Shown: one piece after another, positions 62,234 through 64,000 of the stretch
Layout: each line of letters starts with the position of its first letter
Position numbering within the stretch: position 1 is the stretch's first letter
From: an uncultured Sangeribacter sp.
GTDB lineage: Bacteria > Bacteroidota > Bacteroidia > Bacteroidales > Muribaculaceae
Reading direction: 5' to 3'
Length of the DNA: 64,000 nt
Assembly (NCBI GenBank): GCA_964581685.1
Contig: CAZOPN010000002.1
Coordinates: forward strand, 29,400 to 93,399
Position numbers and translations under genes: made by a program
Notes under the pieces: model-generated
What the model was told of the DNA's origin: nothing
Seen by the model: the letters and a program-made list of their open reading frames with translations, nothing else
The model's database searches: none

Positions 62234-62782
62234 ATGAGGAAATATAAAGTTGCCGTGTGGGCCCTTCTGCTTGCTGGTTGCAGCATGACTTTCTCTTCGT
62301 GCATCGGTTCGTTCAGCTTGACAAATAAAGTGCTTGCATGGAACAATCAGGTGAGCAATAAGTTTGTTAATGAGCTTGTATTCATTGCTTTTTGCATTCT
62401 TCCCGTGTATGAAGTGACGGCTCTTGCAGATATTCTTGTTATCAATTCCATAGAATTCTGGAGCGGCCGAAATCCGATGACAGCTTCTACTAAGGCTGTC
62501 GATACGGAGCAAGGCCGATATCTCATCGATTGTGACGGCCGAGGATATACAATCACTTTTGAGCCGACGGGTTCTAAGACACGTCTTGAATTCATAGAGG
62601 AAAACAACAGCTGGGCTTACGTGTCGGAAAATGGTGAAAAAGTGGAATTCATGACCTTCCTTGATGATAATCATGTGAAGATGATGACGCCGGAGGGCAA
62701 GAGTTATCGTGTGGAGCTCTCTGAACAAGGTGTCATGGCATATCATGCAATAGCCAGCCTTCCCGAGATGGCAATGAAATAA
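62234..62782 (+). CDS. DUF3332-like lipoprotein
   Basis: 182 aa. Lipobox FSSC-IGSFSLTNKVLAWNNQVSNKFVNELVFIAF...INSIEFW matches my memory of DUF3332. Confidence 0.55.
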   Translation: MRKYKVAVWALLLAGCSMTFSSCIGSFSLTNKVLAWNNQVSNKFVNELVFIAFCILPVYEVTALADILVINSIEFWSGRNPMTASTKAVDTEQGRYLIDCDGRGYTITFEPTGSKTRLEFIEENNSWAYVSENGEKVEFMTFLDDNHVKMMTPEGKSYRVELSEQGVMAYHAIASLPEMAMK

Positions 62783-62888
62783 AAGTGATAATTTCTAAAA
62801 AATCATCTGTTCGTGAATCTTTTTGGCATTTTATTTGTTAGAAAGGTAAAGGATGAAAAAAAGAATATAATTATTAACACAAAGAAAT

Positions 62889-63092
62889 ATGAAACCCTTA
62901 CACATTATTCTATCAGTTATCGGCGGTGCTATTGCAGGTGCAGCCGTGGGTCTGCTCGTAGCTCCTGAAAAAGGGGAGACAACACGTCAGAAAATCGTAA
63001 AACTTCTCAAGGAGAAAGGAATTTCCCTGAAGAAAGATAAGATGGAGGAACTGGTTGATGAAATAGAAGACCAGATCGAATCACATCTCTAA
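62889..63092 (+). CDS. YtxH-domain protein
   Basis: 67 aa. GGAIAGAAVGLLVAPEKGETTRQKI is the YtxH signature. Confidence 0.7.
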   Translation: MKPLHIILSVIGGAIAGAAVGLLVAPEKGETTRQKIVKLLKEKGISLKKDKMEELVDEIEDQIESHL

Positions 63093-63115
63093 TTAAAAAA
63101 CAAAAATAAATAGAA

Positions 63116-63310
63116 ATGAAAGCATTAACATTGATATCCGCTTTCTTAGGCGGTGCAATTGTAGGATGTGGTGCAGCTCTTCTCTTTGCTCCCGAAAAAG
63201 GTGAACAGGTAAGAGAGAGAATTTGCTCACTTCTCAAGAAGAAAGGAATTAAGATCAGCGATAAAGAAGTCGATGAGCTCGTTGCCGAGCTTGCAGGTGC
63301 TGAGAAATAA
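63116..63310 (+). CDS. YtxH-domain protein (tandem paralogue)
   Basis: 64 aa. GGAIVGCGAALLFAPEKGEQVRERI. Confidence 0.7.
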   Translation: MKALTLISAFLGGAIVGCGAALLFAPEKGEQVRERICSLLKKKGIKISDKEVDELVAELAGAEK

Positions 63311-63448
63311 ATTGTTTTTTTGCCGAGGTTGAATCGGCATTAAGTAAGACTATAATTGAAATGCGGACATACGGTTTTTCCGGGAATGCCCGCATTTCTA
63401 AATTAACTCCGCGGTATTGTCCGCAGTGCGTTGTTAAACCAGGTCTAT

Positions 63449-63799
63449 ATGAAAGAAAAACTTACCGATGAGATTCGCGAGATATTCGTTCATTCTCGGA
63501 ATTGGCTTAAACTTGAGATAGAATATGCAAAGCTGACAGTGGCTGAAAAATTCACACTGCTTGTATCAGCCTTTGTAATTGGTGCCGTATGTCTGCTTAT
63601 GGGAACGGTAGCTTTGATGCTTCTTGCTTTCTCACTTGCAGAGGTATTCAGGATGATGATGAATCCGGCACTTGCATATCTGAGTTCGGCAGGAGTGATT
63701 GTTTTGCTGCTTATTGTGTTATATCTTTGCAGAAAACCACTGTTGCTGAATCCTGTTGCAAAATTTATTACTCGCCTTATTATTGAAAAGAAAGATTAA
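63449..63799 (+). CDS. Two-TM membrane protein, holin-X/phage-holin-family-like (usual partner of YtxH genes)
   Basis: ATG at 63449 is preferred over TTG at 63431. Amphipathic N-terminus followed by two TM helices. Family call from gene context and memory. Confidence 0.5.
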   Translation: MKEKLTDEIREIFVHSRNWLKLEIEYAKLTVAEKFTLLVSAFVIGAVCLLMGTVALMLLAFSLAEVFRMMMNPALAYLSSAGVIVLLLIVLYLCRKPLLLNPVAKFITRLIIEKKD

Positions 63800-63810
63800 A
63801 AGACAGAGCA

Positions 63811-64000
63811 ATGGCAAAAGAACATGAAATAGAAAAAACCGGAGAAAAAGCAAGTGAGATTGTTAATCCGGAAGTGAAACCTCGGTTCAAGGGCTATACT
63901 CTTGAAGATTTGCGATATCAACGCGCATTGGTTGCTTTGCAGAAAGAATTCTGTAAGTCGAGAGTATTACGCAAGACAGACGATTTACGCAACCGTAAGC
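63811..64000 (+). CDS. Hypothetical protein, N-terminal fragment (runs off the right edge)
   Basis: ATG at 63811. MAKEHEIEKTGEKASEIVNPEVKPRFKGYTLEDLRYQRALVALQKEF... is open to the window end, 11 nt after the preceding stop. Confidence 0.45.
   Translation, partial: MAKEHEIEKTGEKASEIVNPEVKPRFKGYTLEDLRYQRALVALQKEFCKSRVLRKTDDLRNRK

Noticed and set aside
1-64000. Search by eye for CRISPR arrays, tRNA/rRNA genes, integrase/transposase or phage genes, toxin-antitoxin pairs and known defence-system genes.
   Set aside because: I saw no regularly spaced direct repeats, no tRNA-like GC-rich cloverleaf segments in the intergenic DNA, and no ORF with recombinase, transposase, nuclease-helicase or defence-type motifs. 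The many other 60-190-aa ORFs in the track are nested antisense or out of frame within well-supported genes and are treated as spurious.

Overview
This 64-kb chromosomal segment looks like a Bacteroidota genome of the Bacteroidales type, probably not Bacteroides itself. The evidence is a SusC/SusD pair, T9SS C-terminal sorting tails, TAnnTTTG -7 promoter boxes and lipoprotein signal peptides. I support about 57 protein-coding genes and see no rRNA, tRNA or CRISPR array. From about 5.6 to 21 kb the window is rich in nitrogen-release genes. These are a complete urease set (ureABC, ureEFGD), a convergent glsA-MFS-ansA operon, an FNT channel with a coupled lipoprotein, and a UT-family urea channel. 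From 24 to 35 kb it carries housekeeping genes (nfo, TrmH-type methylase, YraN, nadC, rlmH), polyamine genes (aguA, aguB) and an NfnAB/GltD-like oxidoreductase pair. From 36 to 62 kb it is a polysaccharide-utilisation region. It holds a DUF4861-like protein, an HTCS-like sensor fused directly to an AraC domain, an NrtR-like Nudix regulator, a vWA protein and an orphan ECF sigma factor. These are followed by SusC/SusD, a Big2 lipoprotein, lyase-like proteins, GH97, GH88 and three T9SS-tagged secreted proteins. The window ends with a DUF3332/YtxH/holin-like cluster. The most notable non-genic signals are listed below.
- A 187-bp TA-flanked inverted-repeat element (MITE-like) occurs in three copies, one splitting the urease operon and one inside the PUL.
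- A short conserved stem-loop motif often abuts stop codons.
- A pair of inverted 17-mers brackets the promoter of the Nudix regulator.
All family calls come from motif recognition by eye and from memory. No database search was run.
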